Shown here: positions 1 through 9,444 of the stretch, piece after piece
Position numbering within the stretch: the stretch's first letter is position 1
Layout of the letters: each line of letters begins with the position of its first letter
From: Polyangiaceae bacterium
Lineage (GTDB): Bacteria; Myxococcota_A; Polyangia; Polyangiales; Polyangiaceae
DNA length: 64,000 nt
Assembly (NCBI GenBank): GCA_965222375.1
Contig: CBDCTZ010000011.1
Span: forward strand, 288,001 to 352,000
Direction: 5' to 3'
Notes under the pieces: generated by a model
What the model was told of the DNA's origin: nothing
Databases searched by the model: none
What the model saw: the letters and a program-made list of their open reading frames with translations, nothing else
Program-made: the position numbers and the translations under genes

Positions 1-4
1 CTGG

Positions 5-364
5 CTATAACGACGGGAAGATCGCCACCATGAACACGATCAAACCCAGTGCGAGAAACAAGCCGCAACCGCAACCGCAACCCCAGGGCGCGGCTTTGCC
101 GGCACCTGGTTTGTTCTTCAGCGCAAAGCGCCCGAGCAGCGCACCGATGCCCGCGCCCCAGAAGAACCCGACCGGGCCCGCCACGACGTAGGAAGCCATT
201 ACGCCCGCTGACTCCGAATCTGCGGCGGCAATGCCGATGATGGCGCCTCCAAACAGCGTACCAAGCACCGCCAGCACGTTGAAGACGATCACTGCCGTTT
301 TGCCCACCGGCGGCTCGGACGCGCTAGCCTCCTGCCCTGGCGGTGGTCCGTAGTGCTGTTGCAT
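5..364 (-). CDS. Small membrane protein, hypothetical (about 3 TM segments)
   Basis: C-terminal part of ORF 5..826 from ATG 364 (MQQHYGPPPG...). Three hydrophobic stretches and a GCGCGCG motif; the upstream part of the ORF looks non-coding. Confidence 0.65.
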   Translation of the reverse strand: MQQHYGPPPGQEASASEPPVGKTAVIVFNVLAVLGTLFGGAIIGIAAADSESAGVMASYVVAGPVGFFWGAGIGALLGRFALKNKPGAGKAAPWGCGCGCGLFLALGLIVFMVAIFPSL

Positions 365-497
365 CGACTCTGCGTAACACGAGAGGGCCGAGCCGCGAAA
401 GAAAGCAGAGAGTAGAAACCCGTCAGAACGGCGGGGCGAGACCCGGGCGCGAGGCGTACCTCCAGCCTGCGTTTTCGGACCAGACGCAGCGCGTGAC

Positions 498-1406
498 CTA
501 TTCGTAGCCGCAGACCTTGACGTTCGGTGGAAGGCTTCCGTCGCCGGGCGGCTTGCAGCTCTGCGCAACCAGGCCGAAGTGTTTGGGACAGTCCGCAATG
601 GAAGCGCACAGAATGGGGTCGAAGCGATCACCCGCGAAGCTATGCCCCGCGCAGCTGAAGGACTGCGCAGGGCTGCTGGAAAAGCGGCCGCAGGCATAGC
701 CCGCGCAGTCTGCGTTGTTCGCGCAGGCGAGCCTCGCGATGCCGCCCATGCCCTCGCCCGGACATGAGTCGGCGCACTCTCCCTGCTTGGTCTTGACGTT
801 CCAGCAGCAGTAGGGCGTTTTCCCATCGCAGCGCTTGCCGCCGCAGGTCACGCCGGGGTTGGCCAGCACGCAAGAGCCCTGCTTGCTGCCCTCCGCGGCC
901 AGACACTCGAAGCCGTCTGGGCACGCCCCACCAGGGTTGCAGACCCCACCTGGCTCTGACTCGCAGCGGGGAGACTCGCAGGCGTGCAGCGGCGGGCAAC
1001 CCCCGGTGCACGTGGCAGTGCTGCAGCACGCGCCCCCAGGGCAGTCTTCGGCGCCGTCGCAGTATTTGGTGAGGGCCTTGTCGCCGCAGGGTGCCTGGCT
1101 CGGATCCGACGGGCGCGGCACGCAGCGCTGGCCGTCTTCCACGAAGTCAGCGCAGCACACCTGGGTCGCGAGATCGCAGAGGGCCCCGTCACAGGAGATC
1201 TTTCCCGGGGTCGAAGCGCTCGCGCGCTTCGGGCTTTCGGGCGCCGCGGCCGGCGCCGTGGAAGCAATCGGCACGGTCATCGACGCTTGTGGCGGTGAGT
1301 CGCCACTCGGCGTGCCGCTCTTGCGACACGTGACTGTCGCCAACGCCGCGGCGATCAACAAGGCGCCTTGCGAGTATCGACTACTGGGCATGCTCAAGCT
1401 CCACAT
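498..1406 (-). CDS. Cys-rich putative lipoprotein
   Basis: Signal-like ALLIAAALATVTC, Pro/Ala/Ser linker, then repeated CxGxxC...CC...CDGxEDC modules. True start may be ATG 1391. Confidence 0.7.
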   Translation of the reverse strand: MWSLSMPSSRYSQGALLIAAALATVTCRKSGTPSGDSPPQASMTVPIASTAPAAAPESPKRASASTPGKISCDGALCDLATQVCCADFVEDGQRCVPRPSDPSQAPCGDKALTKYCDGAEDCPGGACCSTATCTGGCPPLHACESPRCESEPGGVCNPGGACPDGFECLAAEGSKQGSCVLANPGVTCGGKRCDGKTPYCCWNVKTKQGECADSCPGEGMGGIARLACANNADCAGYACGRFSSSPAQSFSCAGHSFAGDRFDPILCASIADCPKHFGLVAQSCKPPGDGSLPPNVKVCGYE

Positions 1407-1438
1407 GTGAGTCTGCCACAGTACCCGGTATCACCAGT

Positions 1439-2056
1439 TTACGGACACTCATCGTCGTGACCCGTTCGGAACTCCGTGCGGCGATTCTGCGCGGTCTTCG
1501 CGCTCAGCGGGCGTTTCGCGCCGAAGCCGACTGCGCGAAGCCGCGAGGCGTCGACGCCGCGTTTGACCAGGTAGCGTTTGACGCTCTCGGCGCGCCGAGT
1601 GCTCAAGGATTTCGCATTTGGCTCACTGCGGTCAGCGTGTCCTTGAACCTCGAGACAGAGGTTTGGGCGCTCGATCAGAATGCTGGCGGTGGCGTCCAAG
1701 GTCGCCAAGCTGCCCGGATTGGGGTTGCTGGCGCCCCAGGCGAACTCGACTTTGGGTGGAATGATGATGCTCAAGCAAACCCGCACGACTGCTGGCGCGT
1801 AGGCGTCGGGTGCCGCATCGGCGTTCCGCGCGAGGCCGGCGTCCACAGGTCCGGCTTTCACAGCGGCGTCCTCGCGACCCTCCGCCGCCGAAGGTGCTTC
1901 TGGATTTGGCTCGACCCGCGCGCTTGAGTCGCGGGGTTGTGGGGGCTGCGGACTATCCGCTCCCGTATGGTTAGGGCCGCAGCCACCGATGGCGGCGAGC
2001 GCCGAACTCAGGAAGAGGGCGCGCCGTTCGAGGATTCGGTCGCAATCGCTAGCCAC
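1439..2056 (-). CDS. OmpA-like peptidoglycan-binding domain lipoprotein
   Basis: C-terminal OmpA_C motifs (VQGHAD, LSTRRAESVKRYL, GFGAKRP, QNRRTEF). N-terminus RRALFLSSALAAIGGC. GTG start at 2056 inferred. Confidence 0.8.
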   Translation of the reverse strand: MASDCDRILERRALFLSSALAAIGGCGPNHTGADSPQPPQPRDSSARVEPNPEAPSAAEGREDAAVKAGPVDAGLARNADAAPDAYAPAVVRVCLSIIIPPKVEFAWGASNPNPGSLATLDATASILIERPNLCLEVQGHADRSEPNAKSLSTRRAESVKRYLVKRGVDASRLRAVGFGAKRPLSAKTAQNRRTEFRTGHDDECP

Positions 2057-2058
2057 GG

Positions 2059-2664
2059 CTAATCCCAGCTCACCCTTAGCTTTGCGCGATCTGGCTGGGA
2101 ACTCAGGACTCGAACATGCGGGTTCTTGCCATTGGACGCTTCGAGGGCGGCGGTGAAGCCACGGCCGATGGAGCGGTGACCGAGGCTCGGGTACAGATGT
2201 GGCGGGTGGCGCAGGGTCAACAGTGCGCCCTTCGTTTCGGCTTCCGCCCGCAGGGTGGAGCCCTTGTGAATGAAGCTCCAACTCATGCTCGCGCCTTTGA
2301 CCAGGACTCCCGGTGACGCCAACTTCGTGAGCGCCCGATACATGCGCGAGTGGGCAAGCTTGTGATTGGCTGAGTAGGTCAGCTGAAGCAGCTCGTCCTC
2401 GTCCATGCCGAACATGTCCATCAGTGCGAAATGCGCGGCAACGAAATGGGTTTCCGGGATCCAGACGCTCGGGGGTGGGAGCTCGTCTAGCAAGAGCCGC
2501 AATTCGTCAGGTAGCCCACGGGTGCTACCCCCGGTGGGGAACTCGGCGACGACGGCTCTCAGCAACGAGCACTTGGCCAGGCATTTCGGATATGAGTCGG
2601 CTCCGTCTGGAAGGCGCGCCAGATAGGCGGCGAGGTTTGGGTAGTCCTCCGAGCGAAAAGCCAC
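2059..2664 (-). CDS. Hypothetical protein, possibly related to myxobacterial DUF2378 family
   Basis: 201 aa globular ORF 2 nt from the OmpA gene; resemblance to DUF2378-like proteins recalled, not tested. Confidence 0.55.
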   Translation of the reverse strand: MAFRSEDYPNLAAYLARLPDGADSYPKCLAKCSLLRAVVAEFPTGGSTRGLPDELRLLLDELPPPSVWIPETHFVAAHFALMDMFGMDEDELLQLTYSANHKLAHSRMYRALTKLASPGVLVKGASMSWSFIHKGSTLRAEAETKGALLTLRHPPHLYPSLGHRSIGRGFTAALEASNGKNPHVRVLSSQPDRAKLRVSWD

Positions 2665-2724
2665 GCCCCAAGTGTAGCGGAGATCCGACGAAGCGCGTCA
2701 GCAGACTCCCGCTGGGTGCTGAGC

Positions 2725-3756
2725 CTACTCGAACAGAACGCCCAAGGAGAAGCGCCCGATGATGCTCACCGGGAATAGGTTGCCGTTCAGGTTCACGGGC
2801 TCGATGGTCGTGCGATCCGTCGCTATCTGCAGTTCGTCGTCGCAGTCGTCGGTTTGCACTTGGGCGACGGAAGTGGCGTTTTGGGTGAAGCAGCGCTGCT
2901 GCTTGTTTAGCTCGACGCCTAGCCCGATGCCCCCGGCGAGGGTGAATGCCCCCCAGTTGGCCTGCGTCCCGAACATGGCGAAGGCTTCCCGTTGGGTCAC
3001 CTTTACGCTGTCGATCTCGCCTGCATCGTCCGCGGTCGCGTACCGATAGCCGTAGGTCGCAAGCCCCAAACGAATGACGTAGCCGTGGAATGCAGTCCCA
3101 TCGAGCCACAAGCCTACGTCCAGAGCAGCGCCGCTGATGGGCCCGACTCCGTTGGACTCCTGGCGGAGCACGTCCGGAGCGCCCGAAAGGTTCAGAGTGG
3201 GGGGCTTCTCTTGCACGACAAAGGTGGGAACTAGCTCCACGGTCATGAAGTCGAGGAGTCCGAACTCGAGTTCCAAGCCCAAGCGCCCCTCGAGCAACCA
3301 GTTGAATGGGTCGATGCGTGCGGACCAGGGTGGGATTTCGAAGCCACCGCCTTCGTCCGATCCTTCAGGCTCCTCGAGGGGAGGTGGCGCCTCCGGCTCC
3401 AGCGGCGCGTAGAGCGGATCGCCTTCATAGGGCGCCGTGGCTACCGGGGGCGGTTCCGGCTGAGCGGGCGGCCGCGGTGGAGGTGACTCAGCGGGTGGAG
3501 TCGGTGCAGCGGGCTGAGTGGGTTCGGCTGGCGGCGCGCTCGGTTCAGGTGGCGGCTGGGTCGGTTCAGCTGGAGGTGTCGCTGGAGGCGGCGTTGTCGG
3601 TGGAGTGTCTCCCGGCTTGGAGTCCGAAGTGGAGGGCGGCGGGGCCGGTTCGGTCGGAGCCGCAGGATCAGCTGGTGGCTCCGGTGCGTCTGGCTGCGCC
3701 CAGCCCGGGCTGGTGAACAAGAGTAGCGTGGCAAATGCTGAGAGCCTGAAACCCAT
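2725..3756 (-). CDS. Secreted Pro-rich protein with probable C-terminal outer-membrane beta-barrel
   Basis: Signal peptide MGFRLSAFATLLLFTSPGWA, long Pro/Ala/Glu linker, alternating beta-strand pattern ending GRFSLGVLFE. Confidence 0.7.
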   Translation of the reverse strand: MGFRLSAFATLLLFTSPGWAQPDAPEPPADPAAPTEPAPPPSTSDSKPGDTPPTTPPPATPPAEPTQPPPEPSAPPAEPTQPAAPTPPAESPPPRPPAQPEPPPVATAPYEGDPLYAPLEPEAPPPLEEPEGSDEGGGFEIPPWSARIDPFNWLLEGRLGLELEFGLLDFMTVELVPTFVVQEKPPTLNLSGAPDVLRQESNGVGPISGAALDVGLWLDGTAFHGYVIRLGLATYGYRYATADDAGEIDSVKVTQREAFAMFGTQANWGAFTLAGGIGLGVELNKQQRCFTQNATSVAQVQTDDCDDELQIATDRTTIEPVNLNGNLFPVSIIGRFSLGVLFE

Positions 3757-3818
3757 GCCACCCTTCTTAGGGCCGACCTCCGGCCGCGTAAATGCTGGGG
3801 GCGTCTGGCTCCTTGGAG

Positions 3819-4190
3819 CTAGCCCTTGGGCTTCGGAAGCCGGACCTGACTCGTGACTTCGAGTTCGGAGTCTTCCGACCAGTCGACGACCACCGGCGCT
3901 GGGGCGTCCGTCGCGTCGGCGTCGGGCCACTCATCGGCGCTCACACGCTGCTCGACGGAAAAGGCTTCGGCGCAGGCCTCCACGCAATCGCGACAGATGT
4001 GCACGAAGGGCAGGCCGCCGGCGTTGGGTCCGCCGCCTTCCACCAGGTCACCAGGTGCAAACTCCGAACCCCCACAAAAGGAGCACACGTAGGGCGGCTC
4101 AGAGCCAGCGATGTCGTTTTGGTCGCTGCGGGTCACGCGGGCAGCGTACTCGCCAGCCGGGCAAGCGCCCAGTTCTGTTCCGGTCGTCAC
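3819..4190 (-). CDS. Stand-alone ClpX C4-type zinc-finger protein
   Basis: CSFCG...LVEG...VHICRDCVEAC matches the ClpX N-terminal Zn finger; acidic tail; no ATPase domain. Confidence 0.65.
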   Translation of the reverse strand: MTTGTELGACPAGEYAARVTRSDQNDIAGSEPPYVCSFCGGSEFAPGDLVEGGGPNAGGLPFVHICRDCVEACAEAFSVEQRVSADEWPDADATDAPAPVVVDWSEDSELEVTSQVRLPKPKG

Positions 4191-4223
4191 CCGGAGCCAG
4201 GGCGTGAGCGGCCCGGGCGCGGG

Positions 4224-5000
4224 TCAATTGGCCGAAGATGGGCCGATTCGCGCGACGCTGAAGCCTGCCGGGCGGGCAAGACCCTCGGGTGACGGCCGAC
4301 CGCAGCCGGAACACCCTTCGCAATGCTTGGGTAGCTCGGAGACCGGGGGTGGTCCGCCGTAGCGTGCAAGGCCCATCGCGCGAAGCTGGGCTGCTTCCTC
4401 CGCAGGCAATTCCCGCACTTGCCCAAGCTGGCGCGCCGCCAGAAGCACCTTGGCCGTGTGCTCCATCGTTTCGAGTTTGCAGAAGGCATCCAGCAGACTG
4501 CTGCCAACGCACACCGCACCGTGCCGGTCCATCATGACCGCGTCGTGGGTTCGAGTTGCGCGGCCCACCAATTCGGCGAGTTCCTCGGTGCCTGTCCGCT
4601 CATACTCGAGGGTGGGGACGCCACCGATGGTCAGCACGGCTTCCGGCAGAACACATTGGGCCATGGAAACGCCAGCGACCGTAAAAGCGATGCACGTTGG
4701 GGGGTGCGCGTGCACCACAGCTTGGACCTCTCCGCGGGCGCGGTAGCAGGCAAGGTGCATTGCCATCTCGCTCGTCGGTTCTCCTCGTCCTCGCCGCTTG
4801 CGTCCTTCCAGGTCGACGATGACTAGGTCCTCGTCCTCCAGCAGCCCCTTGTGGCAACCAGCCCGGGTGCAGAGCAACAGGTCACCGCTCAGGCGCACGG
4901 AGAGATTGCCGTCCATGGCCACGAGCAGACTGCGATCGTGGCACATCCGCGCGAAGCGCAGGAGCGCTTGGCGTAGTGCGGTTTCCGGCGGGCGGCGCAT
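4224..5000 (-). CDS. Class II aldolase/adducin family protein (fuculose-1-phosphate aldolase-like)
   Basis: DGNLSVR, PTSEMAMH, VVHAHPP and MDRHG motifs; start set at ATG 5000. Confidence 0.9.
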   Translation of the reverse strand: MRRPPETALRQALLRFARMCHDRSLLVAMDGNLSVRLSGDLLLCTRAGCHKGLLEDEDLVIVDLEGRKRRGRGEPTSEMAMHLACYRARGEVQAVVHAHPPTCIAFTVAGVSMAQCVLPEAVLTIGGVPTLEYERTGTEELAELVGRATRTHDAVMMDRHGAVCVGSSLLDAFCKLETMEHTAKVLLAARQLGQVRELPAEEAAQLRAMGLARYGGPPPVSELPKHCEGCSGCGRPSPEGLARPAGFSVARIGPSSAN

Positions 5001-5154
5001 TGCAGCCGCGGATGGTATCGGCCTGCCCAGGCAGCCACAAGGATTGGTTCTCGCCCTGGAACCAAAGGGCCTTGTGCCGCGTAGCTTCATCAACCCACGC
5101 CCGGACCGCAGGGGCACTCTGTCGAGCCAGGGCTGTTCATGCTGGGAGTCAAGA

Positions 5155-5835
5155 ATGACCGTAGAAGCGCCCGCCGCACAGAATGCCGAGATTGCCGAGC
5201 TTCGCCAGAAGTTGGTCGAGCTCCGAAAAACCGTGGCCAATCTCCAGGACGCTCATGAGCGCGCGCTCAAAGTATTCGAGTTCTCAAATGATGCGATCGT
5301 GGTCTTTGACGTGGCTAGCGATGAGATCATCGACGTGAACCCACGTGCCTGCGCGATGTTGGGATACACGCGCGAAGAGCTCTTGGAAACGCCGGTCTCC
5401 GCGATGCACCCGGGTGAAATGTCGAGGTTTGCGGAATTCGCGCAGGGGGTTGCGGAGCAGGGCCACGGCTGGACCAACGAGCTGACCTGTATGACCAAGG
5501 ATCAGCGAAAGCTCCCAGCGGAGATTTCAGCTTCGGTGGTTACGCTGACTGGCCGGCACTGCTTGGTGGCGATGGTGCGGGATATCAGTGAGCGCAGACG
5601 TGTGGAGCTCGAGCGCGAACAGCTCGTAGCTGAACTCAGCGAAGCCCTTGCGAATGTGAAGACCCTCAGCGGACTGCTACCCATTTGCGCGGGGTGCAAG
5701 AAGATGCGCGACGAGGCCGGTCGCTGGCATCCGCTGGAGCAGTACATCAGTGAACGCTCGAGCGCCGAATTCACTCACGGGTTGTGCCAGCCTTGCTCTG
5801 AGCAGCTCTATCCGCAGCTAGCCGAAGAAGATTGA
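5155..5835 (+). CDS. PAS domain protein with C-terminal Cys/His putative Zn-binding module
   Basis: PAS (DVNPRACAMLGYTREEL...RDISERR) between coiled coils, then LSGLLPICAGCKKMRD...FTHGLCQPC; ATG 5155. Confidence 0.85.
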   Translation: MTVEAPAAQNAEIAELRQKLVELRKTVANLQDAHERALKVFEFSNDAIVVFDVASDEIIDVNPRACAMLGYTREELLETPVSAMHPGEMSRFAEFAQGVAEQGHGWTNELTCMTKDQRKLPAEISASVVTLTGRHCLVAMVRDISERRRVELEREQLVAELSEALANVKTLSGLLPICAGCKKMRDEAGRWHPLEQYISERSSAEFTHGLCQPCSEQLYPQLAEED

Positions 5836-5890
5836 GCTTGGGTCGGCGCTCTGGCCTCGCGCCTGCGTCGTTTCAGGTTAGGCTCCGACC

Positions 5891-6805
5891 ATGGCGCGTT
5901 CGTCGATGCTCGTCCTCTTGACGCTGCTTGCCGCTGTCGCTTGTGGAAGCGATGGCGGTGGAGCATCGGGCAGTGGCGGGCTGGCGGGCACGAGTGCAAC
6001 CGGCGGTTTTGGGGGATCGGCAGCTGCCAGTGGCGGGGCTGGGCTCGGCGGCACCGCCGGCGGTGGAGCGGCGACAACCGGAGGCACTGCCGGCTCAGCT
6101 GGTAGTGGCGGAGCAGCGGGAAGTAGCGGTGGCGCGGCCGGAACTGCGGGGACGGCGGGCAGCGCAGGAGTAGCGGGCGCTGGTGGCTCGACCAGCGTTC
6201 CCCTCCCGGGCTTTGGCGCGTTGTCAGGGGACTGCGGTCCGATAGACATGGTCGAACTCCTGTCTGGGCCGCACTTGTTTCACACCAACCTGGACTTCGC
6301 GTCGTTGAGCTTCGATTACAACGCGCTCTCCCTCGGCGGCAAGAAGGTGCACGACGAGGGGAACCTCGGCGGCAAGTCCCTGCATTCGGAGATATTCGCA
6401 TACGAAGTCTTGTACCGCTGTGAGCTGGCCGCCCTGCTCAAAACCGAGAGCAAGATCTTGTACCAGCCGGGCGCTACCAAGAAGACGGACTTGTTGGTGC
6501 AAATCGATGGTTACAAGATTGGGGTCAGCGTGACCCGGGCGTTCGCGTTTCCAGCGGGCAGTACCTACAGCGTTGCTCAGGCGAAGGCGCTGCTGGACGA
6601 CAAGCTGGGCGACATTCTAGTCAGTACGCAAGGCGTCAAGCCCGCTGACGCGTGGCAGAAACAGATACTGCACGTGTTGGCCTACAACGAGCAGCATCGC
6701 GACGCTCTCAAGCAAGCGTACCCAAGCGTGTCAGCACCCACCAAGGCGGACACCATCGTGATGGTCACGGTCACCGACGGCAGTGATGGCTTCATATACC
6801 AGTGA
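5891..6805 (+). CDS. Lipoprotein with Gly/Ser linker and AAC4-like C-terminal domain
   Basis: Lipobox LLAAVAC, Gly-rich linker, then NLGGKSLHSEIFAYEVL...KTE...KKTDLLV...GVSVTRA. Confidence 0.7.
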   Translation: MARSSMLVLLTLLAAVACGSDGGGASGSGGLAGTSATGGFGGSAAASGGAGLGGTAGGGAATTGGTAGSAGSGGAAGSSGGAAGTAGTAGSAGVAGAGGSTSVPLPGFGALSGDCGPIDMVELLSGPHLFHTNLDFASLSFDYNALSLGGKKVHDEGNLGGKSLHSEIFAYEVLYRCELAALLKTESKILYQPGATKKTDLLVQIDGYKIGVSVTRAFAFPAGSTYSVAQAKALLDDKLGDILVSTQGVKPADAWQKQILHVLAYNEQHRDALKQAYPSVSAPTKADTIVMVTVTDGSDGFIYQ

Positions 6806-6858
6806 GCTCTCCTGGCTGGAGCGTGACGCTGGAACCCCACCGAATACTACCGACTGCA

Positions 6859-7395
6859 CTAGGGCGTAGCAGTCGGCGCGGGGTGCGCTCGCACGATTGC
6901 GAGTTTGCCGTCGGTGGCCATGGCCAACACGGCCTCTAGGGGGCGCGCGGGATCATGCACCACCAGGGTTTCGCCTTCGCCCCAAAAGCTCGGCGCTTGG
7001 CTGCCCAGCCCGAGCTTGGCGATGCGCTCGGTGCCTGCCGCGTCCGTGAAGTTCACTACGTACGCCGCTGCATCGGCGAAGTACAATCGCCCCCTGCAGG
7101 GTGCACCGGTAGCCACGACTTGGCAGATTCGGCGCGCATCACTGTTCAAGGCGTAGTTGACGATCGCCAGCATGATGGCGGCCAAGACCAGAAGACCCAC
7201 TCCGGTCACAGCCGCGCCGACGTCTGGTCGAAGCACACCCAGGCCGAGATACACGATGCCCACGCCGCCAGGGAACGTGAGCATCAGTAGGGCGCCAATC
7301 GCCACCAGCGGTCTTCGCTTGGATCTCAACAATGGGACAAGCGCCTCGGCAGGGCGGGGTGGGGTCGCTTCCATCAATTTCGCTAGATCCGACAT
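6859..7395 (-). CDS. Hypothetical membrane protein (2 TM)
   Basis: Two hydrophobic segments; start set at ATG 7395. Confidence 0.6.
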   Translation of the reverse strand: MSDLAKLMEATPPRPAEALVPLLRSKRRPLVAIGALLMLTFPGGVGIVYLGLGVLRPDVGAAVTGVGLLVLAAIMLAIVNYALNSDARRICQVVATGAPCRGRLYFADAAAYVVNFTDAAGTERIAKLGLGSQAPSFWGEGETLVVHDPARPLEAVLAMATDGKLAIVRAHPAPTATP

Positions 7396-7415
7396 GTGCA
7401 AAGCGCCTCCAGGTT

Positions 7416-9404
7416 TCAGCGGGCAATGACCGCAGCGAACTCCGGTCGACATCGCTGGCGGCAATTGACCAGCGTGATCTTGCGGCCACTCCAGTCGCCG
7501 GTCCAAACTGTTTCGAGCTCGCTGTCTTTGGTCGGACGCGCGATCTCGAAGTCGCTCCAGCGCACCTTCTTGCGTTTCTCGCCCTTGGGTTGCTCCGTGT
7601 AGCTCTGCTGTGCTTCGCGCCGGGCGGTCAGGGCCTGCCTCACGTCAGCGCTGTGGGTCCAGTCATCTAGGTGGTACGGAGTTCTGTCGACCGCGAAGCG
7701 CAAGCGGTCGTCCTGTCGCCACAGCAGCAAATCGCCGAAACAAACCGGCTCTGCCTGTGCGCCTTCCGCCGCTGGCGCCAGCTCGCTGCCCTGCAGAACC
7801 CAGGATCGCCAACCCTCTATGGGTTGAAACGACCAAACGAAGTTCTCGGTGCCCCAGCTGCGCTCGCGGCTGAAGGGGCACCGCAGGGTCAAGAACACCT
7901 CGCCTTCGACGACGCATTCGACCTGGAGTTCCCGCTTCGCCAAATTGGCACCGTTGCGCTGGATCGGGAACTCGTTGAGGATAGGAGCGCGCTTTGCCGT
8001 CGCCGGCTGCGCGGCTAACACGATTGCGCCGAACTCATCCTCGTCGTTGGACCAATCAGATGGCAGAGCCAGGGTCTTGATGCGGTGGTAGAACGCGACG
8101 AGCTCACCTTGAACTAGGCACGGCGGCGTCACCCGCGCTCCGGGTAAGCAATCCGCGCTCTGCCGTTGGCCTCGCTGACGGCAGTTCCAAGCCAATGCAA
8201 TCAGGTCATCACGGTCTTTGGCTCGACCCTCGAAGGTCGCGAGAGCTTTGTCTACCGCCCGCGCCATTGCCGGTCCGAAGGAGCGAGTCTCGATCACACG
8301 ACCCGCAACCACGTTGACCAGGTCTGATGGTGCCGTTTCGAGCACCGCAGCGGCAGTGCCTTCTGAACCTCCGGCGGCAGCGAAACCGATGGCGCGTATT
8401 GCCGGATGCGCGGCGCCGTCGGCCATCTTGCTCAGTCTGGCCAGCCACGACTCGCCGCGCGGGTCTGACTCGAGCCTGGGCACGCTGACGAGGCGCTCGG
8501 CCAGGGCGTCGCAGAGCTTCTTCCACCTCTCCACCTCCGCGAGCAGCAGCGTGAGCCATCGTGGCTCCCTGCCGCCGACTTCCAAGACGCGCCGGATCAG
8601 GTTCGCGCGGTCCCGTGACGGCTTGACGGCACAGTAGCGCACAAGTTCAGCAAAGCCGTCGCGGAGTTCGTTGTCGCTGGGAGCGGAATCCCGCACCGCG
8701 CGCAGTGCCACGGCTCCCTCCATGCTCCACAGCTTTCCGCCCTCGAACAACCACGGCACGACACCGCGGTCTCGGGCGGCCGCACGACCCAGCAGTCCGA
8801 AGACATCTTGTATCGTGCGACGATGACAGTAGGGAGTGAAGTCGAGGTCGCTGCTTCCCTTGAGGCTCTTGGCGCCGCGCGTCACCGGCGCGCTGGGCAA
8901 CTTGCCACTGGGGTTGGCATACGCCTTCGTCGCTTTGCGAAACGCCTTTTTGCACCTGCCCGTGGTGAGTAGCTGTTCTACGTACGTGCGGGCAAATTCC
9001 AGCGGTGCCGTCTGCCCGTCGTCGAAAGCCAAGAGCAGCGCCATGCTGCCGACGCGCGCTGCCTCACTGGCGCGTTTGTTCAGCGAGATGGTGGGCAAGC
9101 GGCCCGCGAGTTCGCGTGCATCCAAGCTGTTGGGCGAAAGGGTCCACGTCGCGGCGTCGAGCAAGCGGCTGCCCTGAAGATCCGATCCGGCTCCGACCAG
9201 CAGCTCGAAGATCGTTTCGATCAGCGCACTGCGCGCCTCGGGATCTCGAGCAGCCTGCTGCCAAATCTCTGCAATGGGTCCGGACGCGGGCAACCGAGCC
9301 ACCGCCTCTTCGATCAGCTCCCGATCGCCCGGCGCCGCACCCAGCGGCGGTGGCCGGCCAACTCGCTCTCGAATGCTGGTGAGAAGCGCCTCCCGAGCGT
9401 TCAT
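7416..9404 (-). CDS. Hypothetical protein (662 aa, helical N-part, beta-rich C-part)
   Basis: Long ORF with natural composition; no family recognised. Confidence 0.6.
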   Translation of the reverse strand: MNAREALLTSIRERVGRPPPLGAAPGDRELIEEAVARLPASGPIAEIWQQAARDPEARSALIETIFELLVGAGSDLQGSRLLDAATWTLSPNSLDARELAGRLPTISLNKRASEAARVGSMALLLAFDDGQTAPLEFARTYVEQLLTTGRCKKAFRKATKAYANPSGKLPSAPVTRGAKSLKGSSDLDFTPYCHRRTIQDVFGLLGRAAARDRGVVPWLFEGGKLWSMEGAVALRAVRDSAPSDNELRDGFAELVRYCAVKPSRDRANLIRRVLEVGGREPRWLTLLLAEVERWKKLCDALAERLVSVPRLESDPRGESWLARLSKMADGAAHPAIRAIGFAAAGGSEGTAAAVLETAPSDLVNVVAGRVIETRSFGPAMARAVDKALATFEGRAKDRDDLIALAWNCRQRGQRQSADCLPGARVTPPCLVQGELVAFYHRIKTLALPSDWSNDEDEFGAIVLAAQPATAKRAPILNEFPIQRNGANLAKRELQVECVVEGEVFLTLRCPFSRERSWGTENFVWSFQPIEGWRSWVLQGSELAPAAEGAQAEPVCFGDLLLWRQDDRLRFAVDRTPYHLDDWTHSADVRQALTARREAQQSYTEQPKGEKRKKVRWSDFEIARPTKDSELETVWTGDWSGRKITLVNCRQRCRPEFAAVIAR

Positions 9405-9444
9405 GAACTAGCCCATACACCCAATCCTTCGGGCAGGCTTCAAT

